From positions 160,001 to 224,000 of the forward strand of contig CAZSOZ010000002.1 of NCBI GenBank assembly GCA_964608675.1: a stretch of 64,000 nucleotides of DNA, in the 5' to 3' direction. Numbering within the stretch: position 1 is the first letter of the stretch; each line of letters opens with the position of its first letter. A program made the translations under genes and the position numbers. Below are positions 10,154-19,743 of the stretch, in pieces. Source of the stretch: an uncultured archaeon (GTDB lineage Archaea; Iainarchaeota; Iainarchaeia; Iainarchaeales; 1-14-0-10-31-34). The notes beneath the pieces are model-generated. The model saw nothing but the letters and a program-made list of their open reading frames with translations, did not search any database and was not told where the DNA came from.

Positions 10154-10758
10154 ATCCTCTCCAGTTCATTCAATACAGTCTGATTTTCTAATTCAGTTGA
10201 AGAAAAACTTGTTTCATCAGCTAAAAAAGAAACAAGATTTGCTTTTTCTTCAAAACCAGAATGAAGTTCATTAAAAGCATAAATTAATTCATTAACAGAA
10301 TGCATTTTCTGGTTCAACAAAAGAGTGTTTTTTCCAATAAACTCTAAATCAGTTTTGTTTTCACACAAACTGCTTCCATTAATGTTTTTTGATTCAAGCA
10401 AATCCTTTTTTTCTTTTATTTTTAAAGCCAAATTTAGTTCATCTGCCAAAAGAAGATGAATTTCAATTAAATCCTTTAATGCTTCAATGTCTTTTGTTTC
10501 CTGCATTTCATCCAAAGAACTCTGATAAACAGTTAAATCATCATACAATCCTTCTAAATCCCCAGAAGAAAACTTTATTTCCTGCGAATCATTAATCAAA
10601 TAATCAGGATTAACATTATTTTTCTGCCATAAAGCATTTATTTCATTCACTCCATCAGAAAAAGAAATTGTTTCCTTTTTTTGTTCAGAAAAAAAAACTA
10701 AATAAAAGCCTGCCAAAACAATCAAAACAATCAAGCCTGCAAAAACCTTTGAATCCAT
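10147..10758 (-). CDS. N-terminally membrane-anchored helical protein (paralog of 11796-12395)
   Basis: N-terminal TM, helical body, internal LC and terminal Cys; aligns by eye with the 199-aa ORF. Confidence 0.75.
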   Translation of the reverse strand: MDSKVFAGLIVLIVLAGFYLVFFSEQKKETISFSDGVNEINALWQKNNVNPDYLINDSQEIKFSSGDLEGLYDDLTVYQSSLDEMQETKDIEALKDLIEIHLLLADELNLALKIKEKKDLLESKNINGSSLCENKTDLEFIGKNTLLLNQKMHSVNELIYAFNELHSGFEEKANLVSFLADETSFSSTELENQTVLNELERIC

Positions 10759-11802
10759 TCAATCACTCACCGCGCAATTCATTACATCACAATATTTAAT
10801 AAGAATATTTTCATTCAACAAATTTTGGATTTCAATAAGGTCTGCACCAGAAGGAATAGGTTTTAGTTTATCTCCTAAATCATTATCAGTGTCATTATCA
10901 GTGTCTTCAGATGGTTTTTCTTCGCTTAATGCATCAGAATCATTTAATTTAACTTCAATATTAAAAAAATATTCTTTTCCTTTGCTTGAATCCTCAGTAT
11001 ATTTTTCTGTTTCCTCTGCATTAAAAGAAATTTTCACTGAACCAAAAGAATCGCAATCAACTTTTTTTCCGTCAGAATCAAACAATACTTCAATGTTTTC
11101 GCAAAAAACATTATTGGTTTCTCTTTGCATTATTTTAAAAACAGCCTTTTCTTCTTTCTCAAATGAAGACAAATGAATGTCTGCATTTGTTTTAAGGTTT
11201 CCGCTTTTAATTCTTGTGATTCTGCCTATTTCACTTGAATCAAAAATACTAAATTGTTGTGAAATGCTCCGAAAATCTGCTTCAGAAACAGTTTTTCCAA
11301 ACACCAAAGCCAAATACTCCTTAAATGCATCTTCAGCATACAAATTTATTTGCAATTCAAGGGCTTTTGAATCAGGTTTTTCAGAAACAGTTAAACCAAC
11401 TAAATCCACATCTTTTCTAAATATTCCACGCTGGGTATCACATACAACGCTCTGGGGATACTTATCTTCGAGGTATCCGTAAATATTCCAATTTTCATAA
11501 CCCAAAGGACCGCAGTCAAGTTTTTTTTCAGAAAAAAATCCCTGAGGATCAAATTTAGAGGAAATCTGAAAAGAAGAATAAATTGAAAACTCAAAATTTC
11601 CATTTGAAGGAAAAACGCTTTTGCTTACTCCAACTTTTACTGTTCCCCTTTCATTCAAAACAGGAATTTCACAAAAAGAATCAGAAGGAAAAACACCAGA
11701 ATAAGAAGTGCCTGAACCTTGACACGTTACTCTTGTTTCAGCAGAAACAAAAGAAAAAATTAAAAGAAAAACAAACAATAAAAACAATTTTTTCATCAGC
11801 AA
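10759..11802 (-). CDS. Secreted Cys-containing protein of unknown function
   Basis: Signal peptide MKKLFLLFVFLLIFSFVSA; several Cys; acidic linker DTDNDTDND near the C-terminus. Confidence 0.75.
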   Translation of the reverse strand: MLMKKLFLLFVFLLIFSFVSAETRVTCQGSGTSYSGVFPSDSFCEIPVLNERGTVKVGVSKSVFPSNGNFEFSIYSSFQISSKFDPQGFFSEKKLDCGPLGYENWNIYGYLEDKYPQSVVCDTQRGIFRKDVDLVGLTVSEKPDSKALELQINLYAEDAFKEYLALVFGKTVSEADFRSISQQFSIFDSSEIGRITRIKSGNLKTNADIHLSSFEKEEKAVFKIMQRETNNVFCENIEVLFDSDGKKVDCDSFGSVKISFNAEETEKYTEDSSKGKEYFFNIEVKLNDSDALSEEKPSEDTDNDTDNDLGDKLKPIPSGADLIEIQNLLNENILIKYCDVMNCAVSD

Positions 11803-12395
11803 ACCCCCTGCAGGACCAAAAGAACTGCTTGTAATTCAGACAGGTTTTCCTGAGAATTCACTGCAAGCTCAAGACGTGATATTTCAGCTTTCTCTGCTTC
11901 TTCTGGGAATTCAGAAGAAAAAATAATTATTTTTTCATTAAATGAATCAGAAAAATTTTTCTGCAAAATAAGATTCTGCTGTAGTTCTTCTGCTTTATTC
12001 ATCGAATCACACAAAACATCAAAATCATATTCAGAGGACTCAAAAAAATCAATTAACTTAAAATTTTTTTTTTGAAGCAAAGCATTCTCCACTAAATCCA
12101 AATGAGTTTCTGTTAACATTAAAAGTTTTTCTTTGTCTTCAGATTTTTCCTGTTTTTCCACCAAAGACTGAAATTCAATTAAATCAGATTTTAATGCATT
12201 TAATTTGCTTTCATTCAAAGAATTAACTTTAATAGGATTAATTAAATCCTTTGAATTTAATTCCTGTTTTTCATAAAAAGAATTGATTTCAGTTAAACCT
12301 GAATCAAAAGAATACGCTTGCTGAGAAAAAAAAACAAAATAAAAAGCAACAGCAACAACTGCAACAGCCAAAACAACCAAATAACTCTTGTTCAT
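11796..12395 (-). CDS. N-terminally membrane-anchored helical protein (paralog of 10147-10758)
   Basis: N-terminal TM LVVLAVAVVAVAFYFVFFS; SFDSGLTEIN...DLIN; LC; terminal Cys. Confidence 0.75.
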   Translation of the reverse strand: MNKSYLVVLAVAVVAVAFYFVFFSQQAYSFDSGLTEINSFYEKQELNSKDLINPIKVNSLNESKLNALKSDLIEFQSLVEKQEKSEDKEKLLMLTETHLDLVENALLQKKNFKLIDFFESSEYDFDVLCDSMNKAEELQQNLILQKNFSDSFNEKIIIFSSEFPEEAEKAEISRLELAVNSQENLSELQAVLLVLQGVC

Positions 12396-12531
12396 TAAAC
12401 CACTAAAAATAATTACACAATAGATAGATATAAAGGTTTTTTCTATTTAAAGCTTTCCTTGCCCCTCCAAAAACAGCAAAAAAAAGGTTTATTAATAAAG
12501 AAAAGTGTTTTTTTATTAAGGTGAAAAAAAA

Positions 12532-13035
12532 ATGCATGTAAAAGATGCAATAAAAGAAAGAAGAAGCATAAGAAAATTCAAAGAAAAAGAAATTGAATCA
12601 GAAAAAATTGAATTATTAAAAGAAGCATTAATTTGGGCGCCAAGTGCAGCAAACCTGCAGGCAAGAAAGTTTTATTTTGTTTCAGGAAAAACAAAAGAAA
12701 AATTAAATCAAGCATTTCACCAGGAATGGGTAAAAAAACTTCCTTTAGTAATTGTAGCCTGCGGAAACAAAAAAGAAACAACAGAAAAATTTGGAGCAGA
12801 AAATGCAGACAAATACAATTATCTTGATACAGCTGCAAGCATTGAAAACTTCATGCTTCAGGCAGTAGAATTAGAATTAGGAACCTGCTGGATAGGAAAA
12901 ATAGACAAACAAAAAGCAAAAGAAATACTCGAAATTCCAGAAGAATTACAAGTAGTGTGCGGTTTAGCAGTAGGATACCCTGCAGAAAAAGGAGAAAAAA
13001 AAACAAGAAAAAGCATTTTTGAAGAAAAAAAATAA
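12532..13035 (+). CDS. Nitroreductase family protein
   Basis: AIKERRSIRKF, APSAANLQ, LQAVELELGTCWIG, AVGYP. Confidence 0.92.
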   Translation: MHVKDAIKERRSIRKFKEKEIESEKIELLKEALIWAPSAANLQARKFYFVSGKTKEKLNQAFHQEWVKKLPLVIVACGNKKETTEKFGAENADKYNYLDTAASIENFMLQAVELELGTCWIGKIDKQKAKEILEIPEELQVVCGLAVGYPAEKGEKKTRKSIFEEKK

Positions 13036-13051
13036 AACAAAGGCAAAAAAA

Positions 13052-13513
13052 ATGGCTTGGAAAGAAGACAAACAAAAACTTGAAAGATTTATTGAAGTGC
13101 ATTACAATAGAATTAATGCTTATGTTCATGCACAAAAAACACAAGCAGACAAAAAAGAAATAAGAAAACATTTATCTGTAGCAGAAGTAGCATTAAGAAA
13201 AGCAGAAGAACTCGCAAAACAAATAAAGAAAAAAATAAACAACCCAAAATACTATATTAACAAACAAAACAGAAAAGAATTAATCATGCTTTTAAATAAA
13301 ACAGAAAGATTTCAAGCAGAAAAAAAAATCAGGGATTTAAAAAAATTACAGGAAAAAGGAAGACAAAAAATAAAAGAAACAAGAAAAAAAGAAAAACTAG
13401 GAAAAGAAAGATGGAAAAAAATAAAAGAAATTAAAAAAAAACACAGGCTGTTTCCTTACACCAAACAAAAACAAAAACAAAGAAGCAGAATTCTAATAAT
13501 AAAACCAAAATAA
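13052..13513 (+). CDS. Lysine-rich hypothetical protein
   Basis: Open frame, very basic, no family motif; ATG 13052 chosen as start. Confidence 0.55.
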   Translation: MAWKEDKQKLERFIEVHYNRINAYVHAQKTQADKKEIRKHLSVAEVALRKAEELAKQIKKKINNPKYYINKQNRKELIMLLNKTERFQAEKKIRDLKKLQEKGRQKIKETRKKEKLGKERWKKIKEIKKKHRLFPYTKQKQKQRSRILIIKPK

Positions 13514-13518
13514 GTCAA

Positions 13519-16383
13519 TCAAAAACTAAAATAAAAATCTCTTTCCAAAAGCTTTTTTTTCGAGTCTTCTTTTAAAATTATTTTTGTATTAGTGTTTTCT
13601 TCAATTTCTTTTTTGAATTCATCCAAAAACTTTTTGTCAGAGCAGTCAAATTTCATTTCAACGATTTCATTAGGATTAAATCCTTTCTTTTTTCTTTCAG
13701 ACTGAATTAATCTGGTTAATTCAGCGAGCTCCCATTCTTTTTTTAAATCAGAATCAGCTTCAATATTCAAATGCACACAAAGCTCTTTGCTTAATTCCAA
13801 AGAAGAATAATTTCCTTCAGGTTTTGATTTTGAAACTAAAACTTTTTTTACGTTAACCATCAAAGCAAGAATGTCTTTTGTATTAGAAAAATCTTTTTTT
13901 GTTTCCAAAACCAGTTCTTTTAACTGCCACCTCAGCCTTAATTTTTCTTTTTCCCTTAAAGACAAAACAGCCTGAGAAATTTCTTTAACCAAAGAAAATT
14001 CTTTCTCTAAATCCAAGTCAATCAATTTTTTGTTTGCTTCAGGGAAAGCAAGCAAATGAACTGACTCAGGAAAATTTTTTTCTTCAGAGTAATCCAAATA
14101 AATGTATTCAGTTAAATGAGGCAGAACTGGAGCCATCAGCTTAATTAAATTGCTTAAAACATAATTCATTACATTAGAAACAATTTTGTCTTTTCTGTTT
14201 CTAATTAATTTAATGTAAGTCCTGCTGAATTCCTCTGAAACAAACCAATTCAAATTTGAAACCAATTTAGGATAAACATATTTTTCATAGGAATCAAATG
14301 AATCCTTAATCAAAGAATTCAATTTAGAAACAATCCATTTGTCTTCAGGCCTTAAATTTTTTAAATGCTTTTCTTCAATTAAAGGATTTTTTTCCAAATA
14401 CAAATTCAAATAATTATATGAATTAAATAAAATACTAAAAAACTTGTTTACTTCCCTGAAAGCATTCCAGTCAAAAACAATATCTTCTCCTTTTGACTGA
14501 GAACAAAAATAATACCTCAAAAAATCCCTGTTATATTTCTGAATAACTTCTTTGGGCTGAATTGCATTTCCTTTTGATTTAGACATTTTTTTTTTGCCTA
14601 AATCCAATACCATTCCATGAACCATAATATTTTTGTAAGGAGATTCATCAAAAGAAATAGTTGAAGTAATTAACTGGGAATTCCACCAGCCCCTAACCTG
14701 TTCAGTTGCTTCGATGTTTAAGTCAGCAGGCCAAAATTTTTCAAACAAATCTTTTTTTTGAGGATAATTTAATGCAGCCCAAGAACTGACTCCTGCATCA
14801 AACCAAACATCCAATACTTCCGAAACCCTCTCAAAAATTCCCCCGCAATCACAATTAAATTTAATTTCATCAATTTCAGGTTTATGCAAATCAATTTTTT
14901 CAGGAACATCTGCTTCTTTTTTTAATTCATTCAGTGAACCAAACACTTTTCTTTGACTGCAGTCACTGCAAACCCAAATTGGAAGCGGAGTACCCCAATA
15001 TCTTGCTCTTGAAATAGGCCAATCAGACAAAGATTCAATCCAGTTTTTCATTCTGTCATGCATCCAAGAAGGAACCCAATTGTTTTCTGAATTCAATTCA
15101 AGCATTCTTTTCCTGATTGAACTCACCTTAAAAAACCACTGTGGAACAGACACCATTAACAAAGGAGTTTTGCATCTCCAGCAAACAGGATAATCATGAG
15201 TATAAAGATGTTCAAATACAAGAAAATTCATTTCCTTTAAATCAGAAACAATTTCTTTGTCAACAATTCTTGCTTTTTTTCCTTTATATTTTCCTGCTTC
15301 TTCAGTCATTTGGCCGTTCAAAGAAACAGGAGACAAAGAAGGCAGATTATTTTCTTTTCCTACTTCAAAATCTTCTTTTCCGTGGCCCGGAGCAGTATGC
15401 ACTAAACCGGTTCCTTCTTCTAAATTAACATAACGGGAACTCAAAACAATTCTGTATCCTTGGCTCATGTCAGGCAAACTCAAATTTTTTGTTAAAGGAT
15501 TATCATACCTCCAGCCCTCCAAATCTTTTCCTTTCCAAACTTTTTTTTCAGTAAACCCTGCTTCAACTGCATCCATTAATTTCTGAACAAGCTCTTTTGC
15601 AATAATCCAGTGTTCACCAGTGGATAATTCAATCTCTGAATACTCGTAATCAGGATGCGCCATTACTCCAGTGTTTGCAGGCAAAGTCCAAGGCGTAGTA
15701 GTCCAAATAATCAAAAAAGTGTTTTCTTTTTCTTTTAACGGAAATTTAACGTAAACTGAATTATCTGTCTGCTTAATGTATTCAATTTCATTAAATGAAA
15801 CAGCTGTCTCGCATCTAGGGCAGACATGAACAGAATATTTATCCAAATACAATAATTTTTTTTCTTCTGCTTTCTTAAACGTCCACCAAATGCTTTCAAT
15901 GTATTCATTTTTAAGTGTAATATAAGGATTATTCCAATCCATCCAAACTCCAAGGTTGTCAAACTGCTGGTTTTGCTGGTCAATAAATTCAGTTGCATAC
16001 TTTCTGCATTTTTCAACAAACTTTTTTACTCCAAATTTTTCTATGTCCTGCTTTGATTTTGTTTTTAATTCTTTTTCAACCTGAAATTCAATCGGAGTTC
16101 CATGAGTATCATATCCTGCTCTGTCAAAAACATTAAATGAATTCATTCTCTTATAGCGGATTGCAGTATCCTTCAAAATTTTGTTTAAAGCAGTACCCAT
16201 ATGAATATGGCCTGTTGCATAAGGCGGGCCGTCCATAAAATAAAAATATTTTTTTTGTTCAGCGCTCTGCTTTCTTACTTTTTCCGGGACCCTATTTTTT
16301 TTCCAATACTTTCTGATTTCTTCTTCTTTTTTCAAAGAATAATTTTCCAACACTTTAAACCACTGTCTTGTTAGTTTTCGCAT
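13519..16383 (-). CDS. ileS: Isoleucyl-tRNA synthetase
   Basis: DGPPYATGHIHMGT (HIGH-like), WTTTPWTLPAN, GTGLVHTAPGHG, DWPISRARYWGTPLP, KMSKS. The true start is probably about 30 nt downstream of 16383. Confidence 0.97.
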   Translation of the reverse strand: MRKLTRQWFKVLENYSLKKEEEIRKYWKKNRVPEKVRKQSAEQKKYFYFMDGPPYATGHIHMGTALNKILKDTAIRYKRMNSFNVFDRAGYDTHGTPIEFQVEKELKTKSKQDIEKFGVKKFVEKCRKYATEFIDQQNQQFDNLGVWMDWNNPYITLKNEYIESIWWTFKKAEEKKLLYLDKYSVHVCPRCETAVSFNEIEYIKQTDNSVYVKFPLKEKENTFLIIWTTTPWTLPANTGVMAHPDYEYSEIELSTGEHWIIAKELVQKLMDAVEAGFTEKKVWKGKDLEGWRYDNPLTKNLSLPDMSQGYRIVLSSRYVNLEEGTGLVHTAPGHGKEDFEVGKENNLPSLSPVSLNGQMTEEAGKYKGKKARIVDKEIVSDLKEMNFLVFEHLYTHDYPVCWRCKTPLLMVSVPQWFFKVSSIRKRMLELNSENNWVPSWMHDRMKNWIESLSDWPISRARYWGTPLPIWVCSDCSQRKVFGSLNELKKEADVPEKIDLHKPEIDEIKFNCDCGGIFERVSEVLDVWFDAGVSSWAALNYPQKKDLFEKFWPADLNIEATEQVRGWWNSQLITSTISFDESPYKNIMVHGMVLDLGKKKMSKSKGNAIQPKEVIQKYNRDFLRYYFCSQSKGEDIVFDWNAFREVNKFFSILFNSYNYLNLYLEKNPLIEEKHLKNLRPEDKWIVSKLNSLIKDSFDSYEKYVYPKLVSNLNWFVSEEFSRTYIKLIRNRKDKIVSNVMNYVLSNLIKLMAPVLPHLTEYIYLDYSEEKNFPESVHLLAFPEANKKLIDLDLEKEFSLVKEISQAVLSLREKEKLRLRWQLKELVLETKKDFSNTKDILALMVNVKKVLVSKSKPEGNYSSLELSKELCVHLNIEADSDLKKEWELAELTRLIQSERKKKGFNPNEIVEMKFDCSDKKFLDEFKKEIEENTNTKIILKEDSKKKLLERDFYFSF

Positions 16384-16427
16384 AGCGAAAACCTTTTTTG
16401 ATAAACCTTTTTTGCAAAAAAAGGTTT
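16374..16427. repeat. Two palindromes between the tRNA and ileS (dispersed repeat copy / possible terminator)
   Basis: gttttcgc-ata-gcgaaaac (16374-16392) and aaacctttttt-gca-aaaaaaggttt (16403-16427). Confidence 0.6.
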
Positions 16428-16501
16428 GGGCACGGGAGGATTTGAACCCCCGACTCCTGGTGTATAAGACCAGTGCTCTAACCAGGCTGAGCTACGCGCC
16501 C
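16427..16501 (-). tRNA. tRNA-Ile, anticodon UAU, intronless, CCA not encoded
   Basis: Reverse complement GGGCGCGTAGCTCAGCCTGGTTAGAGCACTGGTCTTATACACCAGGAGTCGGGGGTTCAAATCCTCCCGTGCCCA folds as a cloverleaf. Anticodon arm CTGGT-CTTATAC-ACCAG; T loop TTCAAAT; discriminator A. Confidence 0.95.
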
Positions 16502-16768
16502 AACTATCACGCCCAATTGACATGCGTGCACGGCATTCGCTTCGCTCAACCGAGCTGTCATAGTCAATGAACATGCATAAACAAAATAAAATCAATAAAA
16601 TCCTTAAATAACTATCCAAATCAAAAAAAGAATCTAAGCCTGTGTATTTCTTCATCCCTTCTCATAAGCAACAATAAAAAATTGGTTGAAATTTGTTTTT
16701 AAAGTTATGCAAACTAAAAAAACAAAAAAAGAATCAAAGAAAAATTAGGAAATGCATCAAAAAAAACT

Positions 16769-17419
16769 TTAGAATTGCTCTTTATGTTCAACTGAATGCA
16801 TTATTAAGTCTGCAAGAGTCTTCAAGCTTAAAAATAAAACAACAACAAAAGCTGAACCAATTCCTGTCGCCAAAAAGATTCCTCCAAAAATAATAGTTAA
16901 ATGCATTGGAATAATTCTAGCATAAGGAAACATCATAATTTTTCCAAGATTTGGTTTTATTTTCTTGGGCTTGTTTCTGAAATACAAAAAAGAAAACAAA
17001 TGATTAAAGAAAAAAATTATTCCGCCTAAAACCACAAAACCAAAATCAAAAAAAATAGTTCCGGAAAAAATTGCTGAAGCAAAAGAAAAACCGCTTAAAA
17101 AAACTGCATAAACTAAATGAAAAAAACCGTAATGAAAAACAAAAAATACTGCTGAACCAAATTTGGCGGCCTGAATTGAAAGAAGTGGTTTTCCATTAGA
17201 TAAATAGCTTTCAGTTGAAAAATCCTTTAAAGTCAAAATCCTCAAAAAATTAAAGAAACCAATAATAACGCTTTGAAGCCAGTAAGTCCACAAAATAATC
17301 ATTACACTCCAATTAAAAGCAACAGCCAAAAAAATTGTAATTAAATTAGATAAAACCAAAACTTTTGCTGAAGCATCTTTTTGAACTGCTTTAATTAAAT
17401 TTGAAAAAGAAAAATTCAT
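16769..17419 (-). CDS. Multi-pass membrane protein (DUF6498-like)
   Basis: YWLQSVIIGFFN, FFVFHYGFFH and PYARIIPMHLTII motifs. Confidence 0.8.
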   Translation of the reverse strand: MNFSFSNLIKAVQKDASAKVLVLSNLITIFLAVAFNWSVMIILWTYWLQSVIIGFFNFLRILTLKDFSTESYLSNGKPLLSIQAAKFGSAVFFVFHYGFFHLVYAVFLSGFSFASAIFSGTIFFDFGFVVLGGIIFFFNHLFSFLYFRNKPKKIKPNLGKIMMFPYARIIPMHLTIIFGGIFLATGIGSAFVVVLFLSLKTLADLIMHSVEHKEQF

Positions 17420-17520
17420 GATAAAAAATACTAATTAGATAAATAAAAAGTTTTGCATAAAAAAAAAGCATTAAAATAAATAACAATGGAAAAAAAAAGA
17501 AAAAGAAATTAAAAAAGGAA

Positions 17521-18168
17521 TTACTCCTTTTTTTCTTCATCTGAATCTTCTTTTTCTTCTGTGTCTGCTGATTCCTGTTCAGGTTTCTTTTCTTCTTCTG
17601 GTTTTTTTTCCGGTTCAGTGTCTGTTTCTTCTGAAGATTCTTTTGATTCAGATTCTGTTTCTTTTGGTTCTTCAGATTCTTTTTTTTCTTCTGATTCATC
17701 TGAAGAATCGGTTTCATCTGATTCCTGTTCAGAGGCATCTGATTCCTGAGAGGATTCCTCTCTTCTTTCAAATCTTCTTCCTCCACCAAATCTGTTTCTG
17801 TTTCCAAATCTTCCTCTTTGTTCAAATTCTTTGTCTGAAAGATTATTGTCTTTGTTTACTTCAGAAACTTCTTCGTCAGAATCACTTAATTCTCCATATC
17901 TTCCAATATTCAATCTTAAAGTGTTTTTGAACAAGGAAGTATAAGCATTGTTTATTTTGTAGGTTTTATCTGTTTCAACTCTGTCAATCATGTCGTCCCA
18001 TAAAGTCAACAGAATTGTTCCTGTTTCATCTCCTACTAATGCTTCAGTCACTTTGTGGCTGGAATTATCCAGTTTTGAAGTAACTTCCCTTATTTCATTT
18101 TTTTCTAAAACTTTTACATTTAATTCAACCTTTTTCTGAAAAGGTCGTAGTTCGTTAACTTTGTTCAT
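17521..18168 (-). CDS. Single-stranded DNA-binding protein (one OB fold) with RG-rich segment and long acidic tail
   Basis: VTEALVGDETGTILLTLWD...INNAYTSLFKNTLRLNIGRYG; GGAGG RBS before ATG 18168. Confidence 0.88.
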   Translation of the reverse strand: MNKVNELRPFQKKVELNVKVLEKNEIREVTSKLDNSSHKVTEALVGDETGTILLTLWDDMIDRVETDKTYKINNAYTSLFKNTLRLNIGRYGELSDSDEEVSEVNKDNNLSDKEFEQRGRFGNRNRFGGGRRFERREESSQESDASEQESDETDSSDESEEKKESEEPKETESESKESSEETDTEPEKKPEEEKKPEQESADTEEKEDSDEEKKE

Positions 18169-18307
18169 GTTAATCCTCCAGTTAAACAACGAATTGAAAT
18201 CCTAAAAAAAAAAAGAATAAAATTCGTTTAGTTAATAGTAAGAAACCTCATAAAAAAACTTTATAAAGATATTTAAAGCTGAATGCCGATAAAAAAAATA
18301 AAAAAAG

Positions 18308-18397
18308 GCACGACTTAAGCCGTGCAGGTTTTGGCGGTAATGCCTTTTTTTAAAAAAGACACTTGATTTTAGCAACCTGCTTTTTCTAAAAAAAGCA
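18308..18397. repeat. Cluster of short palindromes (REP-like or terminator)
   Basis: gcacgacttaagccgtgc; gcaggtt...aacctgc; gcttttt-ctaa-aaaaagc. Confidence 0.5.
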
Positions 18398-18398
18398 C

Positions 18399-19082
18399 TT
18401 AAAATCCTTTTCTGATTTCCATTACAAAGTTTTTGATGTCTTTTTTGAAAGATAACCCAAAAGCAATTCCAAAAATCACTGCAATTACAATAACCAGTAC
18501 TGTAAAAGCTATTTTAAATGCTTCAACTAAAATAGTTGTGTCAAAACCAACATGGGTTAAAGCCATCACTACAACCAAATACATTACTATTATTTCTGCA
18601 ATTAATCCCAGTATGTTTTTTCTTGGATAATTTGTTTTGTTGATTGTGTTTCTAATGTATCTTGCTAAATAAAATCCTACTGCAAGAAGGAGTACTGCTC
18701 CAAGGACTAACGGCACTTCAAGTACAAGCATTTGGATGAATCCTGCTAAAACATCTAATGAAAGGAATCCTGCTGCCTGAGCCAAAAATAATATCACTAC
18801 ATACCATTTAACTAATTCTCCTATAAGAACAGAAAAAGGCACTCCCCCAATTGCCTGAGGCAATTCATGGGATTCAAGAAAGTGGTCAATTTTAAAGTAT
18901 TGAATTATCAATATTACAGCTTTTTTAAGAACTAAAGCAAAAACATATCCAATAAACAAAAGGACAATTGCAATTGCTATGCCGGGAACCACTTGAATTG
19001 TTTTTTGAACTAATGCATTGATTGAATCATAAACTCCCTGACCTAACAGTCCTACAAAATCTACTGCTCCTTCACCTACCAT
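18399..19082 (-). CDS. Membrane protein, CmpX/TM_helix (MscS-associated) family
   Basis: VPGIAIAIVLLFIGY and VPLVLGAVLLLAVGFYLA repeats, ending FGIAFGLSFKKDIK. Confidence 0.8.
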   Translation of the reverse strand: MVGEGAVDFVGLLGQGVYDSINALVQKTIQVVPGIAIAIVLLFIGYVFALVLKKAVILIIQYFKIDHFLESHELPQAIGGVPFSVLIGELVKWYVVILFLAQAAGFLSLDVLAGFIQMLVLEVPLVLGAVLLLAVGFYLARYIRNTINKTNYPRKNILGLIAEIIVMYLVVVMALTHVGFDTTILVEAFKIAFTVLVIVIAVIFGIAFGLSFKKDIKNFVMEIRKGF

Positions 19083-19129
19083 TTTTTTATCACCCTAAAA
19101 AAGTTTGTTTCGTAAATACATCTGCTTTT

Positions 19130-19663
19130 CTATTTAAAAAGGTTATACATCAAAATCTTAATTTTTCGGAATAAATCATTCAAAGAACTGTTATTTTCCA
19201 GTTTAAAGTCAGCTAAAGAAAAAACTTTATTCATTCCTTTTTTTTCTTCATCCAGTTTGTCTCTTAAATAAAACTTATTTAAATTATCTGAATCCAATTC
19301 ACTTCTTCTTTCAAATCTTTTTTGTTTTTCTGCTTCAATTAAAATCAGTTTGGCTTCAGGAAATCTTTCCTTAATCAAATCAATTTCTTCAATTGAACGT
19401 GCTCCAACAAAAACAATCTTGTTTTCATCAGAAATTTTTTCTAAAAGTTTTACTGCAACAACATTCATTCCAAATTTTTTTCTTAATTCATCTCCAATTA
19501 AAGCCATGTTCTGCTTTGAAATCTTTTTTCCCTGTCTTTTGAGTTCTTTTTCCAGTACAGAAGAAAAAACAAATTTTTTGAAGCCAAACTCTTTAACTAA
19601 AAAATCTGCAGCAGTGTCTTTTCCTGAACGCGCTCTTCCAAGCAGAACTAAAACTTGAACCAT
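19130..19663 (-). CDS. P-loop nucleotide kinase (archaeal dephospho-CoA kinase-like)
   Basis: GRARSGKDT Walker A; RFERR; LENNSSL. Start chosen at MVQVLVL. Confidence 0.8.
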   Translation of the reverse strand: MVQVLVLLGRARSGKDTAADFLVKEFGFKKFVFSSVLEKELKRQGKKISKQNMALIGDELRKKFGMNVVAVKLLEKISDENKIVFVGARSIEEIDLIKERFPEAKLILIEAEKQKRFERRSELDSDNLNKFYLRDKLDEEKKGMNKVFSLADFKLENNSSLNDLFRKIKILMYNLFK

Positions 19664-19743
19664 AAAAAAAATAAATGAATGAAAAAGTTTAAATAAAAAC
19701 AAACCCTTATTTTTTCATTTAATTCAAAAGAGGAAGATAAAAA

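Noticed and set aside
16371-16655. 94-aa ORF upstream of ileS
   Set aside because: It reads through the tRNA-Ile gene and the palindromes, so it is spurious.
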